From a virus, in the IMG/VR virus record IMGVR_UViG_3300047323_000304, positions 96,001 to 160,000 of that record: DNA of 64,000 nt; one strand, written 5' to 3'. Numbering within the stretch: position 1 is the first letter of the stretch; every line of letters starts with the position of its first letter. The notes below the pieces were generated by a model that saw nothing but the letters and a program-made list of their open reading frames with translations, did not search any database and had not been told where the DNA came from. This document shows positions 11,717 through 22,163 of this stretch, one piece after another. The position numbers were made by a program, and so were the translations under genes.

Positions 11717-12265
11717 CTATACATATTTCCATACTAGTTTATACACTGTTCCATCATCAAGAACAATTTTCCCTGATGATTTAAGTTCACTTTTACAACA
11801 CTTATTTATACTTCCAGCATTTACATTATAATATCTACTAGCATCAGTAACACATTTAAATTCTTTGTTAGTAGTTGTACATATTACTGGTTGTTTATCT
11901 TTTTTATATGTCTCTATTAATTTGGGTATATTTCTTGAAAATACATATAAATTTTCTGGTTTGTTATCCTCTCCTTTATTATTTTTGTGACGAATTATCA
12001 AATCATTATTATAGATATCAAATTCAGGATTAAACGCCTTATAAACTAATCGAGCTAGTGAATAGGTTATTTTAATACCATCTTTAGATAAATTCACTTT
12101 AGCTATCCCATATGTATCTAATCTAGCATTTAATAATCTTTCTTTAGTAAAATACTTTTTTCCTTCAATTGTATGTATTATTCGATTAAGGCTTTTAATA
12201 TTACCTAGATTAGATACTTTATAAATCCCTTCATATTCAAAAACATCTTTCCAAATTTCTTTCAT
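11717..12265 (-). CDS. NUMOD4/HNH-type homing endonuclease with NUMOD1-like C-terminus
   Basis: EIWKDVFEYEGIYKVSNLGNIKS (NUMOD4), HNH-like segment, and C-terminal ASRYYNVNAGSINKCC. Confidence 0.8.
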   Translation of the reverse strand: MKEIWKDVFEYEGIYKVSNLGNIKSLNRIIHTIEGKKYFTKERLLNARLDTYGIAKVNLSKDGIKITYSLARLVYKAFNPEFDIYNNDLIIRHKNNKGEDNKPENLYVFSRNIPKLIETYKKDKQPVICTTTNKEFKCVTDASRYYNVNAGSINKCCKSELKSSGKIVLDDGTVYKLVWKYV

Positions 12266-12373
12266 ACTATAGAATCACTTCCTTATTTATAGTATAACAA
12301 ATATATAGTATTTTAATCAATTATAAATACTATATTAAGACCCTCTAAAAGACATCTTTTAACAAGACAGAGA

Positions 12374-12999
12374 TTATAGAATTACTTTATCCAACATGTC
12401 TACTTCAACAATTTCATAATCTCTGTAGCCATAATTATTTAATATATACTCTCTAATTAAATCTTCATCATCTGCTCCATTAGGTATATCTATTTGTTCT
12501 ACTTTAATTCTAATATTGTCTACATATTCTCTATTACTAAATACTATACAATAATCACGATATACTTTATTTTCGTATGTATTATCACTCATTATGGAGT
12601 GTCGCCAACAAAACCGACAAAACCCACGCTAAGACAAAAAATTGGGTATAAATTAGAGTTTTTACCTACGTTAATCCATTTATAATCGCAAATAAGTATC
12701 ATAAAGGTTAAATTCAAGTTGTTTTGATACTTTGTTTTTGGTAATAGTTTTGGAGCTGAAAATTAGTTATAATCCCACAGTTTTAGAGACTTTAAAAATA
12801 GTGCTAAAAACGAGGGTTTATGGAACTATATACCTTAGCGTGGGATTTGTCGGAAATGTTGGCTACACCCCATAATATCTTTAATTAATAAATCCAATTT
12901 TTCTTCATCGTCAGTGCTTAATTTATATTTTTGAGTCATATCATCTAGACTCTTTTGACATTCTTGTTTTATATGTTCAAATAACTCATCTATATCCAT
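12374..12999 (-). pseudogene. Hypothetical gene (114 aa when restored) split by the MITE
   Basis: ATG at 12999 with GAGGTG RBS. Removing 12596-12871 plus one 5-bp duplication joins it in frame to ORF 12374..12592. Confidence 0.7.
12596..12871. mobile_element. Tn3-family miniature inverted-repeat element (276 bp)
   Basis: 38-bp imperfect terminal IRs (12596-12633 and 12834-12871; GGGGTGTAGCCAACATTTCCGACAAATCCCACGCTAAG, 6 mismatches between ends) with the Tn3 GGGG...ACGCTAAG signature. Flanks are ATTAT/ATAAT; no transposase. Confidence 0.85.
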
Positions 13000-13003
13000 A
13001 ACA

Positions 13004-13261
13004 TTACACCTCACTATTTAATAAATTAACAATTTCTAAAACTTTAATTCTTGCAGAGTTTTCAGTTAGTTTAGTATGAAAATCATATTCCCTATCTTCT
13101 AAAATACACAAAGCTTCAATCCAACCTAATCCACCACGTTCTGCCAACCTTTTTAATGTTTGACTATGATTTCTAATTGCTTGTTTTTCATGTGGTTTTA
13201 CTATATCTAATGGAATATATTCTTTTGGATTTGAACCTAGTATTGGAAATTTATGTTCCAT
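13004..13261 (-). CDS. hypothetical phage protein
   Basis: ORF on dominant strand; HEKQAIRNHSQTLKRLAERGGL segment. Confidence 0.65.
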   Translation of the reverse strand: MEHKFPILGSNPKEYIPLDIVKPHEKQAIRNHSQTLKRLAERGGLGWIEALCILEDREYDFHTKLTENSARIKVLEIVNLLNSEV

Positions 13262-13738
13262 TTAATCTTCACTTCTTTCAATATTTAACTTTTCTAATAT
13301 TTTACTTACAGTTAATTCCTTTAAATCATCAAAGTCAGAATACATTCCTTCATTTATTTTATATTCAAATAATAAATATTTCTTACTTCTTTCTTTAGAT
13401 TGGTCATAGACATACATCTTACAACTGTCTTCATCTTTTTGTTGATAATCTATTCTTAATGGGCAATATGATGATTTATTCTTGTCCACTTTAAATACTA
13501 CTGCTAAAAATACTTGATTATCTGTCATTATATTATCTGAGCCTGTAATTGTTGGAATATCTAAAAATAAACCACTTTTACTAAATCTATCTTTAGGTAA
13601 TTCTTCCAAGTCAAAGAAGTTATCAGGTACAACTTGACTCAATACAGATAAACCTCTAAAACAAAATTTATCTATTGTAGATTTATCATAACTCTTGTTT
13701 TCTTTTAATTCTTTTATTATTGTTGATATATTTTTCAC
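13262..13738 (-). CDS. hypothetical protein
   Basis: ORF on dominant strand. Confidence 0.6.
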   Translation of the reverse strand: MKNISTIIKELKENKSYDKSTIDKFCFRGLSVLSQVVPDNFFDLEELPKDRFSKSGLFLDIPTITGSDNIMTDNQVFLAVVFKVDKNKSSYCPLRIDYQQKDEDSCKMYVYDQSKERSKKYLLFEYKINEGMYSDFDDLKELTVSKILEKLNIERSED

Positions 13739-13825
13739 TTATATCATTCCTTTCTTTTTTACTTAATATAATTTATTAACTTACAATAAAATACATTTTT
13801 TAAATGCTTGTCTAAGATTACGCAA

Positions 13826-14020
13826 TTATATTTTTTCTAAGTCTAATCCTATCAATATTAATTTAGTAATACAGTCACTAATCTTATTTGTTTCATAAAA
13901 TACCTTTTTAATTAAATAATTTTTGCCATCAAATATGATATCCTCGTCTTTTCTTGGCACTATTGGACTTTCAAAGCAACCAATACAACGCTCATTATAA
14001 TATAAGTTTATTTTTAACAT
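13826..14020 (-). CDS. hypothetical protein
   Basis: ORF on dominant strand. Confidence 0.55.
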   Translation of the reverse strand: MLKINLYYNERCIGCFESPIVPRKDEDIIFDGKNYLIKKVFYETNKISDCITKLILIGLDLEKI

Positions 14021-14068
14021 AACATATAATCCTCCCTTAATTACTGTGTAAAATCTACACAGTACAAA

Positions 14069-14251
14069 TTAATACTTTTTAATTTCTTTATTTAATTCTT
14101 TAATTTCATCTTTGCATTTTTGAATTTGATTTGTAATCCATTGTGCTTCTATATAATCATCTTCTGTTAGATATAATACATCTTCTTGAAAACTTTTTAT
14201 TTCCTCTGTTAGTATTTTAATTTTCTCAACAATTAATCTTCTTCCATCCAT
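14069..14251 (-). CDS. hypothetical protein
   Basis: ORF on dominant strand. Confidence 0.55.
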   Translation of the reverse strand: MDGRRLIVEKIKILTEEIKSFQEDVLYLTEDDYIEAQWITNQIQKCKDEIKELNKEIKKY

Positions 14252-14690
14252 ACTCTTATCCCCTTTTTACACATTATCTCCTGATACAATACATTTTTTT
14301 ATATAGTAATTAATTTTCTTTTCTTCATTTCTTTTAAACATAATTTGCAAGTGACTTTTTCTTTATTTAAAGTTGCCTCTTGTCTTTGATAACCACAAAT
14401 AGTACCACTTCCTATTCTGTAATCATTTGGTATTTTAGAATCATGGTCTAAATCTAAATAATGAATTTTACTCAAATTAATTCACCCTCTTTAATTAATT
14501 TACTCTATTATAAAATTTTATAAATTCATGTTTTAACATTTTAAATTCGTCACTATTTAATTGTTTGAACTGTTCTTTGTTTAATTTCTTTTCAATAATT
14601 AACCATTCATAAAAGAAATACTCTATTTGATTCATAATACGTTCCCCCTTCTTACTAATTTGTTGATAAAACTAATATTTGATTTAGATT

Positions 14691-14924
14691 TTATCCTTCA
14701 TATTCTATATTCAATTCTTTTGCTAATTGTTTAAAAATTCTTTCTAAATCTTCTATGTCATCTTGTTCCTCATCAAATTGAAACGTAAAATATGATTGAC
14801 TTCCGTCGTCTAAAAACCATGTAAAAGGAAATCCAAAAGTTTTTATAGTCCAACTATATGTTGGAGTTTTATTTTCCACATAATATTTCATTAATAAAAA
14901 AGTTTTAAAATTTAAACTATCCAC
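14691..14924 (-). CDS. hypothetical protein
   Basis: ORF on dominant strand, coupled to upstream gene. Confidence 0.55.
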   Translation of the reverse strand: MDSLNFKTFLLMKYYVENKTPTYSWTIKTFGFPFTWFLDDGSQSYFTFQFDEEQDDIEDLERIFKQLAKELNIEYEG

Positions 14925-15220
14925 TATTCTTCCTCCTCAAACCAAATAATTTGAAAATGTTCTTTGAATTTCGCATCTTGATACCAGTCTTGGTCATGCC
15001 ACATTATTCCATCAGAGCCTTTAAAATCACCATCCTTATTTTTTCTAAAGTCTTTAAATTCTTTTGTTGGATTTATTGTAGCTAATACATATTCATAATA
15101 ATTGTGATAATATACTAGATATATTGTATCTTTATTGTTTTCATTACATTCAACCTCATATATGTATCCCGTTTTAAATATTTCATGGTCTTTTATACAT
15201 TTAATTTTATTACTATACAT
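14924..15220 (-). CDS. hypothetical protein
   Basis: ORF on dominant strand. Confidence 0.6.
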   Translation of the reverse strand: MYSNKIKCIKDHEIFKTGYIYEVECNENNKDTIYLVYYHNYYEYVLATINPTKEFKDFRKNKDGDFKGSDGIMWHDQDWYQDAKFKEHFQIIWFEEEE

Positions 15221-15234
15221 CTTCTTTTTCTCCT

Positions 15235-15630
15235 TTATTCTTCTAAAATTTTATATATTAATATAGATTCTTTTAAGTCCTTCATCTTTTTATACATTAT
15301 TAATAATTGCTTTTGTATTTTTGTTTTAGTTTTCTTTTCTTCTAACTTTTTGATATTATTATTTAATGTATTTATATCCTCTATAATTTTTTCTTTAGTG
15401 GCTTTCTTAAAGCTATCACTCATTACATTGTCCAGCATATCATCATATTCTTTGTACTTTTTATCTAAATTACCTATAAGTTCGTCAACTATTCTACTAG
15501 ATGATATCACATTACTAAAATATAATTTTAATAAGTCCTTATCTATATCTTGATTAGAACAATACATGTCTGAAATTTTACTTATAGAATAACCTAGATC
15601 ATTATTTATTTCTATTAATTTATTACGCAT
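15235..15630 (-). CDS. hypothetical coiled-coil protein
   Basis: ORF on dominant strand. Confidence 0.6.
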   Translation of the reverse strand: MRNKLIEINNDLGYSISKISDMYCSNQDIDKDLLKLYFSNVISSSRIVDELIGNLDKKYKEYDDMLDNVMSDSFKKATKEKIIEDINTLNNNIKKLEEKKTKTKIQKQLLIMYKKMKDLKESILIYKILEE

Positions 15631-15681
15631 TCAATACACTCCTTCTAATTCTTAATAATATATTCCTTTCATGCAAACTTA

Positions 15682-15942
15682 CTAACTAATAGTTAGCTCA
15701 AATTCCTTACTAATATCTTCATTTGTTTTTAAACAATATCCTTCAAATTCAAGTTCTGAATCATCTAATGTCCAATCTATCATTCTAATCATTGCCAAAC
15801 CACCATATATAAATTTACAATATTCTTCATCGTTAAAGACTTTATTTGCATTGTCATTCATCATAGTTACTAATTCTTTTAATCCTTCAGATAATTCTGC
15901 TCTTTGTTTAATTATTAAATCTTTATTCTTCAATGTGTTCAC
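15682..15942 (-). CDS. hypothetical protein
   Basis: ORF on dominant strand. Confidence 0.6.
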   Translation of the reverse strand: MNTLKNKDLIIKQRAELSEGLKELVTMMNDNANKVFNDEEYCKFIYGGLAMIRMIDWTLDDSELEFEGYCLKTNEDISKEFELTIS

Positions 15943-15949
15943 TCCTTAT

Positions 15950-16192
15950 TTAAAATAATTTATACCATAACGCTTTTAATGTTTTCTTCCATTTTCCTTT
16001 TATAAGTTCATATCCATCAATGTATACTTTTCCATTTATTTGAGTTGAATTATTACCTTTCATATTATCATTCCACTTATATTCTATTCCATCAATACTT
16101 GTACTTCTTTTGGTTGAACTAGAAATACAAGTATGTCCATTTTGCATTTGAATATTCAATTTTATTAACCTCCTATAAGTTGTTAAAAACAT
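15950..16192 (-). CDS. hypothetical protein
   Basis: ORF on dominant strand. Confidence 0.55.
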   Translation of the reverse strand: MFLTTYRRLIKLNIQMQNGHTCISSSTKRSTSIDGIEYKWNDNMKGNNSTQINGKVYIDGYELIKGKWKKTLKALWYKLF

Positions 16193-16351
16193 TAACTTAT
16201 CGTCTTTTAATCATTAACATCTAGAATTTGTATATTACTAACGCCTACTGCTGAACTATCCATACATTCTTTTATATAATCTTTTATATCCGAATCATCG
16301 GAAATACCTTCTTCATCTATAAATAAATCAAATTTGACTGTATATGTCATA

Positions 16352-16678
16352 TTACTTATCCTCCTCTTTACTATCTATAACTACTTTATATGTATAGCCT
16401 TTCTTATCATAATTCCAATCACTGTTTAAGTTCCATTTAATCTTGTTTTGATTTAAGATATCTATGCATTTAATTTGATCTTTAGATAAAGAATTAAATT
16501 GTTCGGCTAAACTATTTGCAAATTTATTACACTTTTCACTTAAATCTTCTATGAATTTTTCGATGTCTTTAGTATCTAAATTATTATTCTCTAATTCTTC
16601 TTTTATGTATTTAAAATCCTGTAAACTAAAATTTTCATACCCCACAAATCTATTTATTAATTCTAGAAATTCATTCAT
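16352..16678 (-). CDS. hypothetical protein
   Basis: ORF on dominant strand. Confidence 0.6.
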   Translation of the reverse strand: MNEFLELINRFVGYENFSLQDFKYIKEELENNNLDTKDIEKFIEDLSEKCNKFANSLAEQFNSLSKDQIKCIDILNQNKIKWNLNSDWNYDKKGYTYKVVIDSKEEDK

Positions 16679-16739
16679 TTTTATATCCCCTTTATTATTC
16701 TTTATATTTTATTAATATCCTTTTAAAATCAAGAACTTA

Positions 16740-17411
16740 TTAACTTATGTCTATATCTTCTTCATCAGATAAATACCATTTACCTTCTTTAATTACTGTT
16801 TTATATTCTCTTGCATTAAAGAATCCCATCACTACGTCCATGAGTAAATTAAGTTGTAAGTAGCCTTTATTGCTATACTCTAGAAACCACTTATATTCTA
16901 ATTCATCATTATTAAATTCTTTTAATGTTATATCTGAATTTAATAAATCGTTCATTAATTCATGCTCAACCTTACATTTCTTATTTGACTCAACTACTTC
17001 CATAAAACCAACTGGTTGTGGAATTGGTATAAATACTCCATTGATTAAATAATCATATGGTTTCATAAAAGTATATTGGGGATGGCATTTCCAATCCATA
17101 TGTTTATCTTTATCCCCTTTATCCCCTTCAAGACTTCTATAAATTATCATTGTATTATTTTCTATATGTTCTCCATTGAAGATAACTTTAAATTCTGTTC
17201 CTACAGGCATTCTCATAGCTTCAATTATATTTAAGCCTTTCTTTTCTTCTATTTCTTCAAATCTTTCACTTACAAATTCATAAGCATCTCCTATGTCTTC
17301 TAAAATATATCTTCTATTTATTTCTTTTGCAACAGTATATATTTTATTTTCTTCTAATCTATTTTCAAATCCCAAATTATTTATACATCTAACTTTTTTC
17401 ATTCTATTCAC
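16740..17411 (-). CDS. hypothetical protein, paralog of 32753..33205
   Basis: Shares PV(G/S)FMEVV...CKV and (E/K)GKWYL with the 150-aa ORF. Confidence 0.65.
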   Translation of the reverse strand: MNRMKKVRCINNLGFENRLEENKIYTVAKEINRRYILEDIGDAYEFVSERFEEIEEKKGLNIIEAMRMPVGTEFKVIFNGEHIENNTMIIYRSLEGDKGDKDKHMDWKCHPQYTFMKPYDYLINGVFIPIPQPVGFMEVVESNKKCKVEHELMNDLLNSDITLKEFNNDELEYKWFLEYSNKGYLQLNLLMDVVMGFFNAREYKTVIKEGKWYLSDEEDIDIS

Positions 17412-17457
17412 TCCTTAATATTCCAAGTAAAATTTCCATTTGATTGGGATTTTTAAT

Positions 17458-18030
17458 TTATGTATAATACCCTTTATTCCCATTCTTTCTACTTCCTCTA
17501 ACCAACCTCGGTAAAGGTTCTAAATTTAAATTTCTCCATTTTTTACCTCCTACTATTAAAGATACTTCAGATGGAACTATGTTGTATAATTCTGCTATTT
17601 CTTTGTATAACATGTTAGTATTCTTACACAAATCATATATTTCTAATACTTTTTCTTCTGTTAATGTGCTATAATAACAATCTCTTCCAACTCTTTTACC
17701 CAAAGTATAACTAGCATGTATTTGGTTTTCTTTTTTACTAACCCATTCTAAATTGTCATCATAATTGTGGCTTTTTACTCCATCCTTATGATTAACCTCT
17801 TGTCCATCTAATGGTTTGCCTATGAATAAATATGCCACTGCTCTATGTAAACTTCCTGCATGAAACCCATCCTCAAAAGTTATATTACATTGTAAATATC
17901 CATCTTTATTAGGGGTACAGTTTAATAGCTTTCCCTTTTTACCAATAATCCTACCTTTATTTGAAATTTCATATCCATTATTTATTATCCATATTTCATC
18001 TTCTAAACTTTCTATGTGTTCTTTTCTCAT
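17458..18030 (-). CDS. HNH homing endonuclease with C-terminal HTH
   Basis: LHRAVAYLF...VNHKDGVKSHNYDDNLEW. Confidence 0.85.
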   Translation of the reverse strand: MRKEHIESLEDEIWIINNGYEISNKGRIIGKKGKLLNCTPNKDGYLQCNITFEDGFHAGSLHRAVAYLFIGKPLDGQEVNHKDGVKSHNYDDNLEWVSKKENQIHASYTLGKRVGRDCYYSTLTEEKVLEIYDLCKNTNMLYKEIAELYNIVPSEVSLIVGGKKWRNLNLEPLPRLVRGSRKNGNKGYYT

Positions 18031-18166
18031 TTAAAACCTCCTTATTTTAATCTTTTCGTAAATATTCTTTTTATTTTATCTAATATACTATTTTATATTA
18101 AATCTTTAGTTTATAATTTTCTATTCTTAAGTTATAATTTATTTATGTATTAATATTAATCAAATT

Positions 18167-19093
18167 CTACCTATATGTATTATTTATGTATTTCATTCTG
18201 CTATCTGCCCAAGTATTATCATTGGCACATGGATAAAATAACATATGTGTGTTGGGATAGTATTCTAAAATATGTTGCCATTCATTTAATATTATGTCTT
18301 TGTTTTTATGTTTACTTCCTGCTACGTTAAAGGTTAAATCATCATCATGACTAAGACTCCAGCGTACAGTATCATTTTGAGGTAATGTGGTAGGTGTATT
18401 TACACCGACTTTAGTATATTTACCATATCTATTTATTAACTCATCACTTGAATATATAACTTCCCCGTATATAAATAGCGTGTCTTTATTTGGTATGCTT
18501 CCTAATACCCTGTCCCAATAATCTGAACCACAATTAGGATCGTCAGGTAGCTCAATATGTCTCATCGCATCTATTCTAAATCCATCTACATTTGATGATA
18601 AGAGTTGCTTTAAGTAATTAATATGTAAGTCCTGTAAATCGTGACTGGCAGTATTTAAATCTGGAAGTCCTATGCAACCTTGAGTACATTCATCTCTATT
18701 TTCATAATCCTTTATTTGAAATGGTGAATGGAAGAAATCTGGTCTTAATCTTATTTCATCTTCTACTTCTATACTAGGTATTAGTTCTTGATTTCCTCCT
18801 CCATTATTTCCTACATGATTAAAGACTACATCAATTATTATTTTAATATTATATGTATGCGCTAAATCACAAAGTTCTTTTAACTCTTCCTTTGTTCCTA
18901 ATCTATTTCCGATTTTATAATTAGTTACTTGATATGCTAAATACCATGTAGGATTGTGCTTTTCTTTATGTTGTTGTAATGGACTCAATTGAATAATATT
19001 AAAACCTTGTTCAGCGATTTTAGGTAAGTTTTCTTTAACTCCTTGTATAGTCCAATTAAATGCTTGAAAAATTAATTCTCTCTTTTTATTCAT
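18167..19093 (-). CDS. Alpha-amylase, GH13 catalytic domain (AmyE-like), no signal peptide
   Basis: QAFNW, IQLSP, IIIDVVFNH, DGFRIDAMRH (nucleophile D), YGEV (acid/base E) and SHDD. Confidence 0.9.
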   Translation of the reverse strand: MNKKRELIFQAFNWTIQGVKENLPKIAEQGFNIIQLSPLQQHKEKHNPTWYLAYQVTNYKIGNRLGTKEELKELCDLAHTYNIKIIIDVVFNHVGNNGGGNQELIPSIEVEDEIRLRPDFFHSPFQIKDYENRDECTQGCIGLPDLNTASHDLQDLHINYLKQLLSSNVDGFRIDAMRHIELPDDPNCGSDYWDRVLGSIPNKDTLFIYGEVIYSSDELINRYGKYTKVGVNTPTTLPQNDTVRWSLSHDDDLTFNVAGSKHKNKDIILNEWQHILEYYPNTHMLFYPCANDNTWADSRMKYINNTYR

Positions 19094-19223
19094 ATTATTT
19101 ATTATCTCCTCTTAATTTATTATTAGTTATCATCTCCTTTATTTAATCTTTGGTTTATAACTTTATGTCCTATGTATAAACGTAATATATAACTTAGTTT
19201 ATAATTTATTTTATTTATGTAAT

Positions 19224-19511
19224 TTAAACAAGTCCTTTTTTAATCTTATTTAATATTGATATGTATCTATCAACAATTCCTAATTCTTCAAGATACTCGG
19301 TTATATTCCACTTTCCATTTTCTTTTGCTTGTAGAACAATGTTTACACCCCATTCTGATTGATATATATCAGAAATCTTTTCATAAAACTCTGAAATATT
19401 TAGATTATTTTCATTACAATATTCTTCTATAAGAATTATTAAATACTCTGATTTCATTAATAACACATCCTTCTTTTGATTTCTCTTAAATTCTTCAAAC
19501 CATTTATCCAA
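19224..19511 (-). CDS. hypothetical protein
   Basis: ORF on dominant strand. Confidence 0.55.
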   Translation of the reverse strand: MDKWFEEFKRNQKKDVLLMKSEYLIILIEEYCNENNLNISEFYEKISDIYQSEWGVNIVLQAKENGKWNITEYLEELGIVDRYISILNKIKKGLV

Positions 19512-19942
19512 TCTTCAACTGTTGTAGGATAGTCAGCCTTATTTAGACCAGCTATATCTATTGAAAAATCATTTTTACAATTATCTTGTTTATTATCATT
19601 ACTCATAGTATATATTTTATGTACTGCTATTCTATATGTTTCTTGGTCTAAATAGATTCGGCTTGTATTTACTTTTATATCATTACTTACTTTATCAATT
19701 ATGTCCCCTTGTTCTACTAGTAGTGTTTTTACCTCTTTAGTTTTAATTAAGATAGGAATTTCAAAATATGGTTTCTTATCCTCTAGATCAGATTCCCATT
19801 TATTCTGAGCCTTTTCAATTTCAACTAATTCCATGTTTATTCTTTCTGTATTTTCTTTTAACCTTTGTTGTAATTTTTCATTTTTGCTATTTTTAAGTTC
19901 TTGTGCTGATTTCATTTTAAATCTTTCCTTTCTTTTTAACAT
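19457..19942 (-). CDS. hypothetical protein
   Basis: ORF downstream of a sigma-A promoter; probable start at MKSAQ. Confidence 0.55.
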   Translation of the reverse strand: MLKRKERFKMKSAQELKNSKNEKLQQRLKENTERINMELVEIEKAQNKWESDLEDKKPYFEIPILIKTKEVKTLLVEQGDIIDKVSNDIKVNTSRIYLDQETYRIAVHKIYTMSNDNKQDNCKNDFSIDIAGLNKADYPTTVEDWINGLKNLREIKRRMCY

Positions 19943-20388
19943 TATCTTTAATTTATTTTACTCTTGTTATTATATTACAACTTGTGAATATGTTTGTCAA
20001 TTATTATTTTTAATTTATTTAATTAGTTATGTAAAAAATTCCTAGTAGTAATAACACAAAAACAATTAGAAATAGATTAAAACTAAACGTTACTATTAGA
20101 GATAAGATTACTACTATTGGTATTGAAATTAATATTAATAATCCAATTATAAAAAAGCTTCTCAAAAAATCACATAATTTTGCCAAATTACTTACCTCCT
20201 TTTAAAATTAAATTTTTATTGTTTCTCAAATTTTCTTTTAAGAAATTCACATTTTTCATTATCATCATCAATGACGTAATAAAAATAGTCATTTTCTTCA
20301 ATTAACTCATATAATTTATTCTTTGTTATATTATTACTAAAGCCAACATATAAGCACTTAATAAATGTCATCATTATCTGTTCCTTTC

Positions 20389-20583
20389 TTATTGATTTAC
20401 TACTGGCTCATAATATTTAGCACTTCTAGTTATCCATTTACCATCCTCATAAAAAGTAAAGAATGGATATCCATGTTTATATTGAACCGAATAAACTTTC
20501 TTTTTTCTTCTAGTACTTGAGGCTTCATCACAGTATGTTTCTGGCTTTTTGCTATATACATAAAACATTATTCTTCCTCCCAC
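20389..20583 (-). CDS. hypothetical protein
   Basis: ORF on dominant strand. Confidence 0.55.
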   Translation of the reverse strand: MGGRIMFYVYSKKPETYCDEASSTRRKKKVYSVQYKHGYPFFTFYEDGKWITRSAKYYEPVVNQ

Positions 20584-20769
20584 TCTATAAAATCATTTTT
20601 ATCATCTATATTTGCAATACAATCACATTCTTCATTTGAACAAGCATAAATCCAATAACCAAGTATTTCATTAGAATCAATTAAATCCATTTCTGAGTTG
20701 CATTTTTTACAATTCATATTTATCTCTCCTTATATTTTATTCAACTCTTGATAAAGCTAAAGTTTTAGT

Positions 20770-21738
20770 CTAACTTTTGAAATATTTATATAAGTCATCT
20801 CCAAGTTTATATAAAGCATGATTTGCAATGTCCATTGACGAAAAATATACTTGTCCATATTCTTTACCTCTGTTTCTCCATTCAATTCTTAAATTATTAT
20901 TTTGAAAAGCTATATAATATTTCATTTGTTCTTTATTATCCCAATCAATTTCTTCTTCATTATTTAAATCAGCAAATTGTTGTATTCTTCTATGTAATAA
21001 TTGTTCAAATGCAACTCTTTCTGCTTCTTCTTCAGTTTTATAATAATTTAAATTTTTAATTATATTATCACTTATCTTATCATGTCCATAATATATATTC
21101 ATACTAGGAATTCCTTCTGAATTTATTACCCAAATTAAATATCCTTCTTTAGGAGTCCACAATTTCTTTTTATTATCTTCTTTCTCAATTTCCCTTTGTA
21201 ATAATTCCATCTTTTTAGCTAATTCCTTTTGTTGATTTTTAATCACTTCCATAGTTTCTAATATTTTTTGTTTATCCATTTTAAGTTCATTCTCCTTTTT
21301 GGTTATTTTAACATAGTAATCATAATTATTTACTGTTAATGTTTTTATAGCGTTCTTCCTTACTCTAAATTTATTATTGTTTGAATAATTAACTATTCTT
21401 ACTATAGACTCTCGAACATCGATTAATTTTCCTTTAAAGATATCTCCATCAATAGTTGTCACCTCTATTTCAAGTCCAATAAGTTTATCTATTGTTTTTA
21501 TAATACTTTCATTATTATCAAATATATTATAACTCATTTTTATTTTATTCTCCTTTTTTGTTAATTTTAAATTAAAGTTTTGCCAAACATAATTTATACC
21601 TTCAACAGTATAAAAAAATCTATTACCATCATCATAAATATTTACTATTTTTCCTTTATGTCCTATGAATTGTTTCTTATATTCTTCTGCGCCATAATAG
21701 TTGTTAACTATTTCAACTTCGTCATTTAATTCTAACAT
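20770..21738 (-). CDS. hypothetical multi-domain protein
   Basis: ORF on dominant strand; SH3/Sm-like beta segments and a central coiled coil by eye. Confidence 0.6.
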   Translation of the reverse strand: MLELNDEVEIVNNYYGAEEYKKQFIGHKGKIVNIYDDGNRFFYTVEGINYVWQNFNLKLTKKENKIKMSYNIFDNNESIIKTIDKLIGLEIEVTTIDGDIFKGKLIDVRESIVRIVNYSNNNKFRVRKNAIKTLTVNNYDYYVKITKKENELKMDKQKILETMEVIKNQQKELAKKMELLQREIEKEDNKKKLWTPKEGYLIWVINSEGIPSMNIYYGHDKISDNIIKNLNYYKTEEEAERVAFEQLLHRRIQQFADLNNEEEIDWDNKEQMKYYIAFQNNNLRIEWRNRGKEYGQVYFSSMDIANHALYKLGDDLYKYFKS

Positions 21739-21790
21739 CGTCTAACCCTTCCTTTTGTTATTTATTTCCAAATAAAAATATTTTAGTGGT

Positions 21791-22117
21791 TTAATATCCA
21801 ACAACTGTTAATATTTCTTTATCTTTCATAAAGTGAACTAATCTACTTCTCTGTATAGTTAAGTTAATATCTTTACCTATATTGTCAGTACAATATTCAT
21901 ATGTATCTCTATCTGTATTTATAGTGTGTATCCATCCATCATGAGTATTCATTTTTACCCTGTTGCTTTCGCCTTTTCCAGAACTACGATGAGTATCTAA
22001 TATAGTTACAGTTTCAACTTTAGTAGAAATAGGTTCTTCTCTAATAAGTTCAAAAAGACCTCGTATACCAACTATTATCATTAGTATAACCATTATTATT
22101 ATAATTTTATTTTTCAT
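21791..22117 (-). CDS. hypothetical membrane-anchored protein
   Basis: N-terminal hydrophobic helix IIIIMVILMIIVGI. Confidence 0.6.
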   Translation of the reverse strand: MKNKIIIIMVILMIIVGIRGLFELIREEPISTKVETVTILDTHRSSGKGESNRVKMNTHDGWIHTINTDRDTYEYCTDNIGKDINLTIQRSRLVHFMKDKEILTVVGY

Positions 22118-22163
22118 TATTCACCTCCTAAAGACACGATAAAAGAAGTATCTTATCGTCTTT

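Noticed and set aside
12591-12876. IS630-type (TA) or 2-bp AT duplication reading of the MITE
   Set aside because: The 38-bp GGGG...ACGCTAAG ends and 5-bp flanks fit Tn3 better; the TA reading would not restore the reading frame
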